DNA of 64,000 nucleotides from an uncultured delta proteobacterium (lineage in GTDB: Bacteria > Myxococcota_A > UBA9160 > SMWR01), in contig CAWHTE010000011.1 of assembly GCA_963832165.1 (NCBI GenBank), positions 96,001-160,000 of the forward strand, given 5' to 3'. How positions within the stretch are numbered: position 1 is the stretch's first letter; each line of letters starts with the position of its first letter. Shown here in pieces: positions 27,442 to 41,017 of this stretch. The notes beneath the pieces were generated by a model. That model did not search any database. It saw only the letters and a program-made list of their open reading frames with translations, and was not told the origin of the DNA. The position numbers were made by a program, and so were the translations under genes.

Positions 27442-28710
27442 GTGCCAACGGTGATCTCCCTCTTCTGGATCGGGCTCGTCGCGTTCCTGTTACTCGCGCT
27501 CGCGCTCGATCTCGGCGTCTTCCACCGCGAGGCGCGCGAGCAGACCGCCGCCGAAGCGGCGCGCTGGTCGCTGGTCTGGGTCAGCCTGGCGCTCGTCTTC
27601 AACGTGTTCGTCTACTTCGCGTACGAACACCACTGGTTGGGAATCGGCTACGTCGGGGGCGTCGCGGTCGCCGGCAAGGACGCGGCGCTCGAGTTCCTGA
27701 CCGCGTGGGTGGTCGAGGAGTCGCTCAGCCTCGACAACATCTTCGTCATCGCGACGGTGATGGCCTACTTCAGGATTCCGGCCGAGAGCCAGTACCGCCT
27801 GCTGTACTGGGGAGTGCTCGGCGCGCTCGTGATGCGCTTCGTGTTCATCGTGTCGGGCCTCGCGCTGGTCCAGCGCTTCGCATGGACCACCTACATCTTC
27901 GGCGCCTTCCTGATCGTGACCGCCGTCAAGATGATGATCCAGAAGGAGGAGCTCCATCCGGAGCGGAACGGCCTCATGCGCCTGTTCCAGCGCTTCATGC
28001 CGCTGACCTCTGGGTTCCACGGCACGTCGTTCTTCACGCGCGACGCCAACCATCGTTGGATCGCGACGCCGATGTTCCTCGCGCTGCTCGTGGTCGAGAG
28101 CTCGGATCTGATGTTCGCGATCGATTCGCTGCCCGCGGTGATCGCGGTGACCTCGGATCCGTTCATCGCGTTCAGCTCGAACGCGTTCGCGATCCTGGGT
28201 CTGCGGAGCCTGTACTTCGTGATCGCGCCGCTGATCGCGCGCTTCCACTACATGAAGCAGAGCCTGATCTTCCTGCTCGCCTTCATCGGCGTGAAGATGC
28301 TGCTCTCCCACCACTACCCGATTCCGACGGCCGTCTCGCTCGTGTTCATCGTCGGGATTCTCAGCATCGGGATCCTCGCGTCGCTCTTGACCAGGTCCGA
28401 CAGCGACGAGCGAACCCGGCCGGACATGATGCGCAGCGCGCTGCGCACGGCGCGACGCGTGGTGGTGGGGATCATCGGCACCACCGTGTTCTCGCTCGGC
28501 ATCGTGATGATCATCCTGCCCGGCCCCGCGTTCCTGGTGATCCCGTTCGGCCTCGCGATCCTCGCCTCCGAGTTCGTGTGGGCACGGCGCTGGCTCGCGC
28601 GGATCCGCGGGAACGGCACGGCGTCTCCGTCGCCGGCCGCACTCGGAAAGGTGGTCGTGCTCTTCTTCGGCGCGGCGCTGCTCGCCGGATGGGCCGTCAC
28701 CCGTCTCTAG
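27442..28710 (+). CDS. TerC/Alx membrane protein with a C-terminal PGPGW-like domain
   Basis: SLSLDNIFV, DLMFAIDS and SNAFAILGLRSLYF motifs; tail ILPGPAFLVIPFGLAILASEFVWARRW. Confidence 0.9.
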   Translation: MPTVISLFWIGLVAFLLLALALDLGVFHREAREQTAAEAARWSLVWVSLALVFNVFVYFAYEHHWLGIGYVGGVAVAGKDAALEFLTAWVVEESLSLDNIFVIATVMAYFRIPAESQYRLLYWGVLGALVMRFVFIVSGLALVQRFAWTTYIFGAFLIVTAVKMMIQKEELHPERNGLMRLFQRFMPLTSGFHGTSFFTRDANHRWIATPMFLALLVVESSDLMFAIDSLPAVIAVTSDPFIAFSSNAFAILGLRSLYFVIAPLIARFHYMKQSLIFLLAFIGVKMLLSHHYPIPTAVSLVFIVGILSIGILASLLTRSDSDERTRPDMMRSALRTARRVVVGIIGTTVFSLGIVMIILPGPAFLVIPFGLAILASEFVWARRWLARIRGNGTASPSPAALGKVVVLFFGAALLAGWAVTRL

Positions 28711-29999
28711 CGGGTTCTGTCGATCTCGGATCGGAGCCACCAGAGCGCCGCGAGCCGCCCCGCCATCGAGACCGCGAACAGCATCGCGTATCCCTCGAGG
28801 GTGCGGTCCATGTGCGTGAAGATCTGGCTGCCGATCAGGGCGCCGATCGCGATCGCCACCGAATTCGCGAACGTGAACGCGGAGAGCACGCGCGCGCGGT
28901 CGCGATCTTCGATGCCTTCGAAGAACGACATCATCGTGGCGAATTCGAGCGCGGCCCACGACGTGCCCGCGAACGCCTGGAGCGCGAGCAGATAGGCGAA
29001 GTGATTGGAGACGAGCCACAGAACCGGCAGCGGCACGATCCCGAACGCGCCCCAGACCAGCAGCGCGCGGGTTCCACGGCGCTCCGCGAACGCGCCGAAG
29101 AACGGGAGGATCGCGATCCGCGCGACGAGCGCCGTCGCCGTGAGCGCCATGAACTCCGCGTAGGAGAGCCCGAGCGGGCCGAACATGTACGGCGTGAAAT
29201 AGGGGGCGGCGATGTGCACGGTCGCCGTCATCGAGAGCAGATAGACGATCACGCGCCCCGACCCCGCACCGCGAATCGCCTCGCGGATTCCGCTCGCCGC
29301 GAGCGCGCGGTGCTGATCGGCGAGCCCCCTCGCCTCGCTCTGCCGCGCGAGAAAGCTCGCGGAGATCAGGCGCGCGAGCAGCGCACCCGCGAACAGCGAT
29401 CCGAAGAGCGCGAGCGCACTGCCGTGCGAGTCGCCCCATTGCAGCGCGAGGCCGCCGACGAGCATGGCCGTGAGCAGTGCCGCGTGGCACAGGCGCGCTC
29501 GGCGTGCGAAGAAGCGCGCGCGGATGTCGGACGGAACGAGCGTGGTCACCCAGGCGTTCCAGGCGGGGCCGGTCGCCATCCCGAACGACCAGTACGCGAC
29601 GGTGGCGATCGCCACCCAGACGAGCTCGATGTGCCCGCGCCAGCCGCCGAAGGCGAGCGGCGCGAGCGCGAGCGCCTGCAGCGCCGCGCACACCGCCACC
29701 CAGCGCCGGTACGAATGGAGATGGCGCACCGCAAACGGCGTGATCAGCTGGAACACCGCACCCGCGAGCATCGGCAGCGTCGCGACGAGGCCCGCGGCCA
29801 CCTCGCCGTGGCCCGCGGCGAGCACGAACGCCGAGATGTAGGTCTCCCCGAGCCCGACCATCACGCTGAACGAGATGCCGTCCGCGGTGATCGCGCGCAG
29901 GTCGCGCGGCTGGTGCGGCTGCGAGGAGGTGAGTGCGGTCAAGGTTCGCGCAGCGGCGGGCCCGATCATCGGGCCCGCCGCGAGCGCGAGTCTAAACAA
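28707..29999 (-). CDS. MFS transporter
   Basis: About 12 hydrophobic segments and an AERRGTR loop motif; start uncertain. Confidence 0.8.
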   Translation of the reverse strand: MFRLALAAGPMIGPAAARTLTALTSSQPHQPRDLRAITADGISFSVMVGLGETYISAFVLAAGHGEVAAGLVATLPMLAGAVFQLITPFAVRHLHSYRRWVAVCAALQALALAPLAFGGWRGHIELVWVAIATVAYWSFGMATGPAWNAWVTTLVPSDIRARFFARRARLCHAALLTAMLVGGLALQWGDSHGSALALFGSLFAGALLARLISASFLARQSEARGLADQHRALAASGIREAIRGAGSGRVIVYLLSMTATVHIAAPYFTPYMFGPLGLSYAEFMALTATALVARIAILPFFGAFAERRGTRALLVWGAFGIVPLPVLWLVSNHFAYLLALQAFAGTSWAALEFATMMSFFEGIEDRDRARVLSAFTFANSVAIAIGALIGSQIFTHMDRTLEGYAMLFAVSMAGRLAALWWLRSEIDRTR

Positions 30000-30005
30000 G
30001 AACGA

Positions 30006-31990
<1,985 letters not shown>

Positions 31991-32087
31991 GATTCGCTCC
32001 TCCAGTGGAAGTTCCGGGCCGCGGGGCGGGGCCGGTGTGCCGCCATCGAGGCGGACCGGAGCCGGCGACCGTCGGAACGGGCCCAAG

Positions 32088-32116
32088 CGAATAGTCACGC
32101 CCTCGCGCGCCGTCAA
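32088..32116 (-). promoter_or_regulatory. Candidate groESL promoter
   Basis: TTGACG, 17 bp, then TATTCG on the minus strand; the -10 is weak. Confidence 0.4.
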
Positions 32117-32134
32117 GGGGAGGCGGACGCGGGG

Positions 32135-33436
32135 TCAGGTCAGCATCGGCAGGAACAGCAGCGCGAGGCCCAGAAATGCGGCGAAACCGACCACGTCGGT
32201 GACGGTGGTCAGGAAGATCGAGGCCGACTGCGCCGGGTCGCGGCCCAGCGCGCGCAGGCCGAGCGGGATCGCCGCCCCGAACAGCCCGGCCATGGTCATG
32301 TTGGCCACCATGGCGAGCATGATCACGAGCACCAGGCCGGTCCGTCCGTCCCAGATCCACACGGCGAACCCGGTCGCGCAGGCGACGGCGAGGCCGTTCA
32401 GCAGCGCGCCGAGCACCTCCTTGCGCACGAGGCGCCAGGTCGTGCCGGGCACGAGCTCGCGCAGGAAGATTCCGCGCATCACCACGGCGAGCGACTGCGC
32501 GCCGGTGTTGCCGCCCTGGCCCGCCACGACCGGCATCAGGACGGCGAGCGCGGTGACCTGATCGATGATGTGCTCGAACAGCCCGACCACGCTCGCGGCG
32601 AGAAATGCGGTGGCGAGGTTCACGTAGAGCCACGGCAGGCGCTTGCTCACCACGACCGACACCGGCGACAGCGCGCGCTCGTGCTCGCCGGCGCCCACCA
32701 TCTTCTGGAGATCGCCGAACGCCTCCTGCTGGAACGCCTCGAGCACCTCGTCGGGTTTCACAACACCGAGCAGATGGCCGTCGTGATCGACCACGGGCAG
32801 CGCGACGAAGCGGCGGCGCTGGATCAGCGAGGCGACCTCGTCGCTGGGCATGTCGACCGGCACCGTCACGATCTCGCGCTTCACGAGATTCTCGAGCGGG
32901 TCGCGCGGCGACGCGAGCAGGAGCTCGCGCATGTCGAGCACGCCGATCAGCTTTCCGATGCGGTCGGTGACGTAGAGGTAGTAGAGCGTGTCGCGGCGCG
33001 CGCGGCGCAGCGCGGAGATCGCCTCGCGCACGGACAGATCGATCGGCAGCGACGTGAGGCGCATGTCCATCATGCCGCCGGCCGTGTCGGGCGAATAGCG
33101 GAGCAGATCGCGGATCGCGCGGCCGCGATCGGGCTCGAGCCCGGACAGCGCCGCTTCGCGCACCGCGTCCTCGAGGTGGTGCAGGATCGCGGCGGCCTGG
33201 CGCGACGGCAGGCTGCCGAGCAGGTCGCGGCTGCCCTCTGCGCCGATCAGCGAGAGGATGACCGCGGCCGAGTCGGGCGACAGCCGCTCGGTGACGGGTG
33301 CGGCGAGCCGGGTCGGCAGCTGCACGAGCAGCTGCGCGGCCGCGCGCGGCTCGAGGCCCTCGAGCGCGCGGGCTGCGGCCTCGGGATGACCGCTCGCGAA
33401 CGAGCGCACCATCGATTCGAGAGCGGACACTGCCAT
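32135..33436 (-). CDS. mgtE: Magnesium transporter MgtE
   Basis: YSPDTAGGMM, a CBS pair, GGNTGAQS and DPA...TTVTDVVG. Confidence 0.95.
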   Translation of the reverse strand: MAVSALESMVRSFASGHPEAAARALEGLEPRAAAQLLVQLPTRLAAPVTERLSPDSAAVILSLIGAEGSRDLLGSLPSRQAAAILHHLEDAVREAALSGLEPDRGRAIRDLLRYSPDTAGGMMDMRLTSLPIDLSVREAISALRRARRDTLYYLYVTDRIGKLIGVLDMRELLLASPRDPLENLVKREIVTVPVDMPSDEVASLIQRRRFVALPVVDHDGHLLGVVKPDEVLEAFQQEAFGDLQKMVGAGEHERALSPVSVVVSKRLPWLYVNLATAFLAASVVGLFEHIIDQVTALAVLMPVVAGQGGNTGAQSLAVVMRGIFLRELVPGTTWRLVRKEVLGALLNGLAVACATGFAVWIWDGRTGLVLVIMLAMVANMTMAGLFGAAIPLGLRALGRDPAQSASIFLTTVTDVVGFAAFLGLALLFLPMLT

Positions 33437-33448
33437 GCGGACCTCTCT

Positions 33449-34220
33449 TCAGGGGAGCAGCGCCGCGAGCGCCGCGGCGAGCGCGCGCCGCTGCGCGGCC
33501 GAGGCGATCAGGCGTTGGTTGAGCTCGAGCTCGATGCCCAGATAATGGCGTGCCGGGAGCTCGCGCCGCAGCGCCGTCGTGAGTCCGTCGGCATCGCCGC
33601 GGTAGGGCGCGTTGCGGCGCACGCCGACCCCGGGCAGTGCGCGCGCGAGCCGCCGCTGCCAGACGAGCGCGAGCGAGCGCTCCGCGCGGCGCTTCGGGTC
33701 GTAGAGGATTCCGATTCCGAAGTCGCGCCGCATTCCGCGCAGCACGGGTGTGAAGCTGTGCACCGCGAGGTGCAGCACGGGGCCCGTGCGCTCGGCGAGC
33801 GCCGCGCGCACGCGCCGCCAGTGCGGCCGGTGATGCCGATCGAGCAGCGCGTCCCGGCGCGCGCGCGGAAGCCCGCGCGTATGCGCCGAGAACACCGCGG
33901 GGTTGTGCGGCGAGCGGTTGAGATCGACGAGCAACCGCGTGGTGGTCGCAGAGAAGAGCGGCGCGCGCCAGGCACGCGCGAGCCGGCGCGCCACGTCGAG
34001 CGCTCCGGCGTCGAAGCCGCGGTGCGAGGCGAGCGCGCGGCCCGCGTGCGCGAACAGCGAGCGATCGCGGCGCGGGACGCGGTTGCCGCCGTGCTCGCAC
34101 GTCACCACCATTGCCGGGCCTTCGCGCTCGCTGATCGCTCGCGCTCGGGCTCCGGCCTTCGCTCGGCTTCGCCTCGCTGCGCGTCGGCTGACTTCGTCAG
34201 CCTCCTTGCGGCGCTCGGGT

Positions 34221-34228
<8 letters not shown>
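33449..34228 (-). CDS. N-formylglutamate amidohydrolase family protein (alternative start at MVVTCEH, about 34111)
   Basis: TCEHGGN, HRGFDAGA, RLLVDLNRS, HSFTP and RRNAPY motifs. Confidence 0.9.
34113..34210 (-). repeat. Dispersed palindromic repeat family A, copy 3
   Basis: 98-bp reverse-complement match to 19211-19308. Confidence 0.85.
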
Positions 34229-35451
<1,223 letters not shown>

Positions 35452-35465
<14 letters not shown>

Positions 35466-36930
35466 GTCCGTTTCCGAGGCCGCGCGCGTCGAGTCTGCGC
35501 CGGAACCAGCTCATCACCGCGCGGTACAGGCGATCGCCGATCACGGCGTCTTCGCAGCCGGATTCGATGTTGGGGTTGTCGTTGACCTCCATCACGAGGA
35601 AGCGCCCGGCGTATTCCTTCACGTCGACTCCGTAGAGGCCGTCGCCGATCAGGCGCGCCGCGCGCACGGCCACGCGGACCGCCTCGGCGGGCGCATCGTC
35701 GAGCGCCACCGCCTCGACGCGCCCGTAGCGTCGCTTCCCGCCCGCCTCGTGCGACACGATCTGCCAGTGGCCGCGCACCATGTGATAGCGGCACGCGTAC
35801 AGCGCCTCGCTTCCGAGCACGCCGATCCGCCAATCGAACTCCGAGGGTGTGTACGCCTGCGCGATCACGAGCTGCGAGTCGCGCAGGAAGTCGCTCGCGG
35901 CCGCGAGCAGCTCGGCCTCGGTGTCGACGCGCACGACGCCCTGCGAGAACGCCGAGTCGGGGCGCTTGAGCACGCACGGGAGCCCCACGGTTGCGGCGAT
36001 CTTGGCCACGGTGTCCTCGTGCGCCACGACCGTCTCGGGATGCGGGATCGCGTTGCGGTCGAACAGCTCGGCCAGGAAGACCTTGTTGGTGCAGCGCAGG
36101 ATCGAGATCGGATCGTCGATCACGACGAGCCCCTCGGTGGCCGCGCGCCGCGCGAGGCGATAGGTCGAGTGATTGACGTAGGTCGTCTCGCGGATGAACA
36201 GCGCGTCGAACTCGGCGATGTCGGAGGCGTCGTCGTGGTCGATCAGGCGCGCATCGATTCCGACGTCGCGCGCCGCGCGCACGAAATGGCGCAGCGCCTT
36301 CGGATCGGAGGGCGGATCGGGTGCGTGGGGATTGGTCAGGATCGCGAGGTCGTAGCGATAGGTGCGCCGCGCGCGCGACCGCCGCTGCGGGCGCCCGAAG
36401 TGCTGCTCGGCCTGCTCCATCAGGAACGGCCGATGGCTCTCGGGGATCTCGCTGGTCGCGATCGGACGCACCGAGGCGAGGTGCCACTCGCCGCCGCGCC
36501 GCTCGAAGCTCGCGCGCATCATCGGCATCGGGAACTGCTCGTGCAGCGCGCGCGACAGCGCGTCGTAGCGCTTGGCGAAGTTGCGGCCGAAGTACACGGA
36601 GAGCTCGAAGCGCTGTCCGCGAAGCCGCGTGAGGCTCTTCTGGATCAGCTCCTCGAGCTGCTCCGACACGAGCCGCACGACCGGCGACAGACGCAGGTCC
36701 TGGAGCGTTTCGACGGTCGGGAACGGGCGGTGCCCGCGCGCGGCCGCGAGCAGCGACACGTAGTAGCCGAGCGTCTGGTACCCGTAGGTGCGGCACAGGT
36801 TGTAGACGCGCAGCCCGCGCCGGTCCGCCCACGTGCCGCCCACGAGGTAGTCGCGCGCGGATACGATCTCGGCGCCCTCGAAGCGCAGCGGCCAGCGGCG
36901 GACGTTCTCGGTCACGAGGATCGCGCTCAA
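35452..36930 (-). CDS. RimK-like ATP-grasp ligase with an N-terminal RLAN-type domain
   Basis: NLCR.Y.YQ.LGYYVSLLA.ARGH, VLKRPDSAFSQGV, YGVDVK and EVNDNPN motifs. Confidence 0.9.
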
Positions 36931-37655
36931 CCGCGACCCTCCGGCGGATCGAGCACGAGCAGGTTCGCGTCATAGGTGAGCGTGCCGAGCAGGATCGCGT
37001 TGATCACGCGCTCCACGGGGAGCCAGTAGAGGGGCTCGGACGGGCCCTTTGGATCCCGGTACGGGTCGGCTACCCGCACGCTCTGCTGCTGCGCATCCCA
37101 GCCGCACAGCACGACGAAGTGCCCGGTCGGAACGCCGCGCACGTCGTCCTCGACGAGCACCTCCTCGCCGGTCTCGCGCGCGCTGCGGTACAGGAAGGGA
37201 GCCGACAGGCCGGTCAGGATCGGCCGGCGCTGCTCGAGCCAGCGCCGCAACAGGTCCGGCGAGAGATCGTCCATCGCGAGCTCGCCGCCCAGGCGCAGGA
37301 ACTCGAGATAGGACTCGGTCGCCTCGCCGAGCTTGGCGTTGTGCTTCGCGGCCGCCTGGGCGCGCAGGCGGTCGGACAGGTCGCGCCGCTCTCCAGCGAA
37401 CCAGCTCGGATCGAATATGTCGATGTCGTAGGTCACGATCAATGCGCGATAGGAGCGCCGAAGCGCGTGGTTGGCGAGGTTGACGGCGAGTGTCCCGCCG
37501 CCCGCGACGCGCGGGACCCCGGCGATCACATCGTCGAGCAACACCCGATCCTTGAAGTAGTGATAGACCGCGTGCAGGCAGGTGGGCCCGCAGGTCGAAT
37601 CGTCCGGCTGGGGCTGGATCTCGAGGTCGAATGCGCAGCGGCTGGCGCGCGACAT
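36927..37655 (-). CDS. C39-like papain-fold peptidase
   Basis: QPDDSTCGPTCL, GHFVVLCG and VADP motifs (Cys-His-Asp). Confidence 0.85.
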   Translation of the reverse strand: MSRASRCAFDLEIQPQPDDSTCGPTCLHAVYHYFKDRVLLDDVIAGVPRVAGGGTLAVNLANHALRRSYRALIVTYDIDIFDPSWFAGERRDLSDRLRAQAAAKHNAKLGEATESYLEFLRLGGELAMDDLSPDLLRRWLEQRRPILTGLSAPFLYRSARETGEEVLVEDDVRGVPTGHFVVLCGWDAQQQSVRVADPYRDPKGPSEPLYWLPVERVINAILLGTLTYDANLLVLDPPEGRG

Positions 37656-37690
37656 GCGGGCGATATTCTAACCGCGCAGCGCGGGGGCGG

Positions 37691-38965
37691 ATGGTAGGCG
37701 AGAAGAACGCACGGCGGGTGGCGGTGCTCTTCGAGACCGCGTGGGACCGCCGCCAGCTCGCCGCGTGCGCGCCGCACTGGTCGGACGCGTTCGAGATCAC
37801 CTACCCCGCGCCGAGCGACCTGGACTGCCCGGACGATCTCGACCCGGTCGCGTTCGTGGCGGAGGCGGTGCGCGGGGCGTGGGGCCGCATCGACGGCGTG
37901 ATCAGCTCGAGCGACTACCCGGGCGCCGTCGTCGCGGGCGCACTCGCGACCGAGCTCGGGCTCGCGGGCTCGCGACCGGACCGCGTGATCACCGCAGGGC
38001 ACAAGTACTACTCGCGGATCGAGCAGCGCGCGGCTGCGCCCGACGCGGTGCCGGAATTCGCGCTGGTCGATCTGCGCGGAAGTGATGTCGCCCCCCCGCT
38101 CTCGCTGCCGTGTTTCGTGAAGCCCGTGAAGGCCTCGTTTTCGATGCACGCACGCCGGATCGACACGCCGCAGCAGTACCGCGACTTCGTCGGCTCGCCC
38201 GCTTTGGCGGAGTTCGGCGCGGACTACCTGGCGACCTTCAACCGGATGGTGGCGGCCTGGACCGACCTGGCGATCGACGGCCGGGCGTTGATCGCCGAAG
38301 CGCTGCTGGAAGGCGACCTCGTGACCGTCGAGGGCTTCGAGAGCGGCGGCGCGGTCGAAGTGCTCGGAATCGTCGATTCCACGCGGCACGCGAACGGCAG
38401 CTTCGCGCGCTTCGATTATCCCTCGTCGCTGCCCGCGCGCGTGCAGGAGCGGATGGCCGCGGTGGCTCGCCGCGTGATCGAGGCGCTCGGGCTCGAGCAG
38501 ACGCTCTGGAACATCGAGATGATGTACGACGCGGCGGCCGACCGCGTCTCGATCGTCGAGGTGAACCCGCGCATCTGCGGCCAGTTCGCCGACCTCTACC
38601 AGAAAGTCGACGGCACCAACAGCTACGAAATCGCGCTCGCGCTGTGCACGGGCTCGCGGCCGCGCTACGCGCCCGGGCGCGGGCGCTACGCCGCGGCGGC
38701 GAGCGTCCCGCTGCGCGTGTTCGAGCCGAGCGCGGTGCTCGCGGCGCCGAGCGATGCCGACGCGGCGGCGGCCGAGGCGCTGTTCGCGGAGACGCTCGTC
38801 TGGCGCGAGTGCCGCGCGGGCGACGAGCTCACCGACTTCGCGGGCGAGGACGGCGCGAGTCAGCGCTATGCCGTGATCAACGTCGGGGGCGCGGACCGCG
38901 CCGATCTCGAGCACCGCTGCGCCGCGGTGCGCGACCGCCTGGGCTTCCGCATGGAGGCCCTGTGA
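37691..38965 (+). CDS. ATP-grasp domain protein
   Basis: HKYYSR, PCFVKPV, NIEM and IVEVNPR motifs. Confidence 0.85.
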   Translation: MVGEKNARRVAVLFETAWDRRQLAACAPHWSDAFEITYPAPSDLDCPDDLDPVAFVAEAVRGAWGRIDGVISSSDYPGAVVAGALATELGLAGSRPDRVITAGHKYYSRIEQRAAAPDAVPEFALVDLRGSDVAPPLSLPCFVKPVKASFSMHARRIDTPQQYRDFVGSPALAEFGADYLATFNRMVAAWTDLAIDGRALIAEALLEGDLVTVEGFESGGAVEVLGIVDSTRHANGSFARFDYPSSLPARVQERMAAVARRVIEALGLEQTLWNIEMMYDAAADRVSIVEVNPRICGQFADLYQKVDGTNSYEIALALCTGSRPRYAPGRGRYAAAASVPLRVFEPSAVLAAPSDADAAAAEALFAETLVWRECRAGDELTDFAGEDGASQRYAVINVGGADRADLEHRCAAVRDRLGFRMEAL

Positions 38966-38985
38966 CGCCGCTCCATTCGCGGGGT

Positions 38986-39780
38986 TCACACCCACAGCGC
39001 GAGCAGCGCCATCACCCCCGCACCGGCCACCACCCACAGCCACTTCGCGAAGCGCCCGCCCGGCTCGTGGAACTCCTCGCGCAGGATGTCGAGCGTGGCC
39101 ACGTAGGCGAACGTGCCCGCTGCGAGCGAGAGGAATGCCGCCTCGAACGCGAGGCTCGTCGGACCCGCGAACGCGCCGACCGTCGCGCCCGCCACGATCC
39201 CGATCGGAGTCGCGGCCGCGAACAGCCCGAGCAGCGCGGTCGCGCGCGCGGTGGGCACGGCACTGCGCGCGAGACTCACGCCGAGCGCGAAGCCCTCCAT
39301 CGACTTGTGGGCGAGGATCGCTGCGAAGATCACGAGCGCGCTGCGCAAGTCGCGCTGCGCGCCGAGCGCGAGACCCTCGAGCAGCGCGTGGATCGAGAGC
39401 GCGGTCAGGATCGCGTACACCGCTCCGGGCGAGCCCTGGGCGTGCGCGCCGAAGCGGGCGGCCGAGGGTGCGTGGATCGCGTGGTGGGCGTCCTCGGGCG
39501 GAAGCACGTGCTCGAACAAGAGCATCAAGATGATCGCCGCGGCCGCGAGCAGCGTGCCGATCGGGTACTGCCAGCCGAGCTGCTCCCACTGCGCAGTGGC
39601 CGCGGGCAGCATGTGCACGAACCCCGCGCCGAGAAAGATCCCCGCGGAGAACGCATTGCCCCACTCGAGCAGGCGCGGGGACGCGCCGTCCTCGCCGCCG
39701 CGCCGGCGCAGGGGCAGGGCGCCGCAGACGAGCGCCGTCGCGAGCAACGCGAGCAGCAACACGAGCTTGATCCCGATCAC
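38986..39780 (-). CDS. ZIP family metal transporter
   Basis: FSAGIFLGAGFVHMLP, HALLEGLALG and HKSMEG motifs. Confidence 0.9.
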   Translation of the reverse strand: MIGIKLVLLLALLATALVCGALPLRRRGGEDGASPRLLEWGNAFSAGIFLGAGFVHMLPAATAQWEQLGWQYPIGTLLAAAAIILMLLFEHVLPPEDAHHAIHAPSAARFGAHAQGSPGAVYAILTALSIHALLEGLALGAQRDLRSALVIFAAILAHKSMEGFALGVSLARSAVPTARATALLGLFAAATPIGIVAGATVGAFAGPTSLAFEAAFLSLAAGTFAYVATLDILREEFHEPGGRFAKWLWVVAGAGVMALLALWV

Positions 39781-39814
39781 GGGGGCACCCCTTCTGGACT
39801 GCGCTCGCCCATCT

Positions 39815-39869
39815 GATGGTCTTCGCTCGCCTTCGGCTCGCTGCGCGAAACTTGCGCCCGCTGCGCGAA
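39815..39869 (-). repeat. Dispersed repeat family B, copy 1 (intergenic)
   Basis: Reverse complement matches 43509-43563 at 54 of 55 positions. Confidence 0.85.
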
Positions 39870-39966
39870 CCCGTCTGCGCAAAACTCGCATGGTGACGTT
39901 CGGCCGGAACTGCGGCTACCCTGCGGCGCGTCTCGCATCGGGCGGGGCCGAGCAGGGCAGGTAGGA

Positions 39967-40206
39967 TTGGCGCGCGAAGATCTCATCCAGGCCAACGGAA
40001 CCGTCGAGAAGATCCTCGGCGGCGGGCGCTATCAGATCACGCTCGAGACGGGCCAGTCGGTGACTGCCCAGCTTTCCGGGCGCATGCGCCGGTTCCGGAT
40101 CCGCGTGATTCCGGGCGATCGCGTTCAGGTCGGGCTTTCGCCCTACGACCCCTCCCACGGCTTCATCACGTTCCGCCTGCGCGAAGGTCAGAATCCTGGC
40201 TCGTAG
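39967..40206 (+). CDS. infA: Translation initiation factor IF-1
   Basis: SGRMRRFRIRVIPGDRVQVGLSPYD...GFITFR. Confidence 0.93.
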   Translation: MAREDLIQANGTVEKILGGGRYQITLETGQSVTAQLSGRMRRFRIRVIPGDRVQVGLSPYDPSHGFITFRLREGQNPGS

Positions 40207-40294
40207 CTCGTTTCGGGCGGCGATCCAGCTCCGGATCGTCCAGCGCTGGGACCGGCTCCGACTCTCGCGCCTGCGTGCGCGCCATCCCGGGCTC

Positions 40295-40852
40295 GTGTTC
40301 GAACCCGGCGCGAGCACGAATCTCGCCGCAGCGCGCTATGTGCTCGAGCCCGGCGCGCGCGTGGTGTTCGGCGCGGGCGTGCACGCCGATCGCACGCCGG
40401 GCGGCCTGGTCGTGATCGCAGGGCGCGATGCGCTGATCGAGATCAGCGCGGGCACCTGGCTGCGCGGCGAGACGGAGCCGGTCCGCATCGTCGCGTTCGC
40501 GGGCGCGGAGCTGCGCCTGGGGCCCGACTCGTTCCTGAACGGCTGCCATCTCTCTGCGAAGCGCAGCCTGCGCCTGGGTCGCCGCGCGTGGGTGGGGCTC
40601 GGCTCGCGCGTGTTCGATTCCGATCAGCACGATTTCGACGCGGAGCGCGCCGAGGCGATCGCGCCGGTCGAGATCGGCGACTACAGCTGGATCGCGTCCG
40701 ACGTGACGATCCTCAAGGGCGTGCGGATCGGGAGCCACTGCGTGATCGGCACGCGCTCGCTCGTGACCCAGGACGTACCCGACCACAGCCTCGCATTCGG
40801 GACGCCCGCGATCGTGCGCGGCCGGGTCGGCGATCGCAGCAAGACGCGATAG
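40295..40852 (+). CDS. Hexapeptide-repeat acyltransferase (frame is open back to about 40196)
   Basis: DSDQHD and APVEIGDYSWI...ILKGVRIG...GTPA motifs. Confidence 0.85.
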   Translation: MFEPGASTNLAAARYVLEPGARVVFGAGVHADRTPGGLVVIAGRDALIEISAGTWLRGETEPVRIVAFAGAELRLGPDSFLNGCHLSAKRSLRLGRRAWVGLGSRVFDSDQHDFDAERAEAIAPVEIGDYSWIASDVTILKGVRIGSHCVIGTRSLVTQDVPDHSLAFGTPAIVRGRVGDRSKTR

Positions 40853-41017
40853 GGCGCTCCCGAAGCGAAGCCGCGAGCCCGCGCAACGCCCTTTTGCTTT
40901 GAGGGAAGACCCCACCGGCTTCCGTTGGCGTCGAATAACGTCTAAAAGCGAAAACTAACGTGAAATATATCGATGGGCTCTTGATCAAACTGGAAGATCG
41001 CCCTAATCTACACTTCG

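Noticed and set aside
31991..32134. CIRCE element upstream of groES
   Set aside because: No TTAGCACTC-N9-GAGTGCTAA is present.
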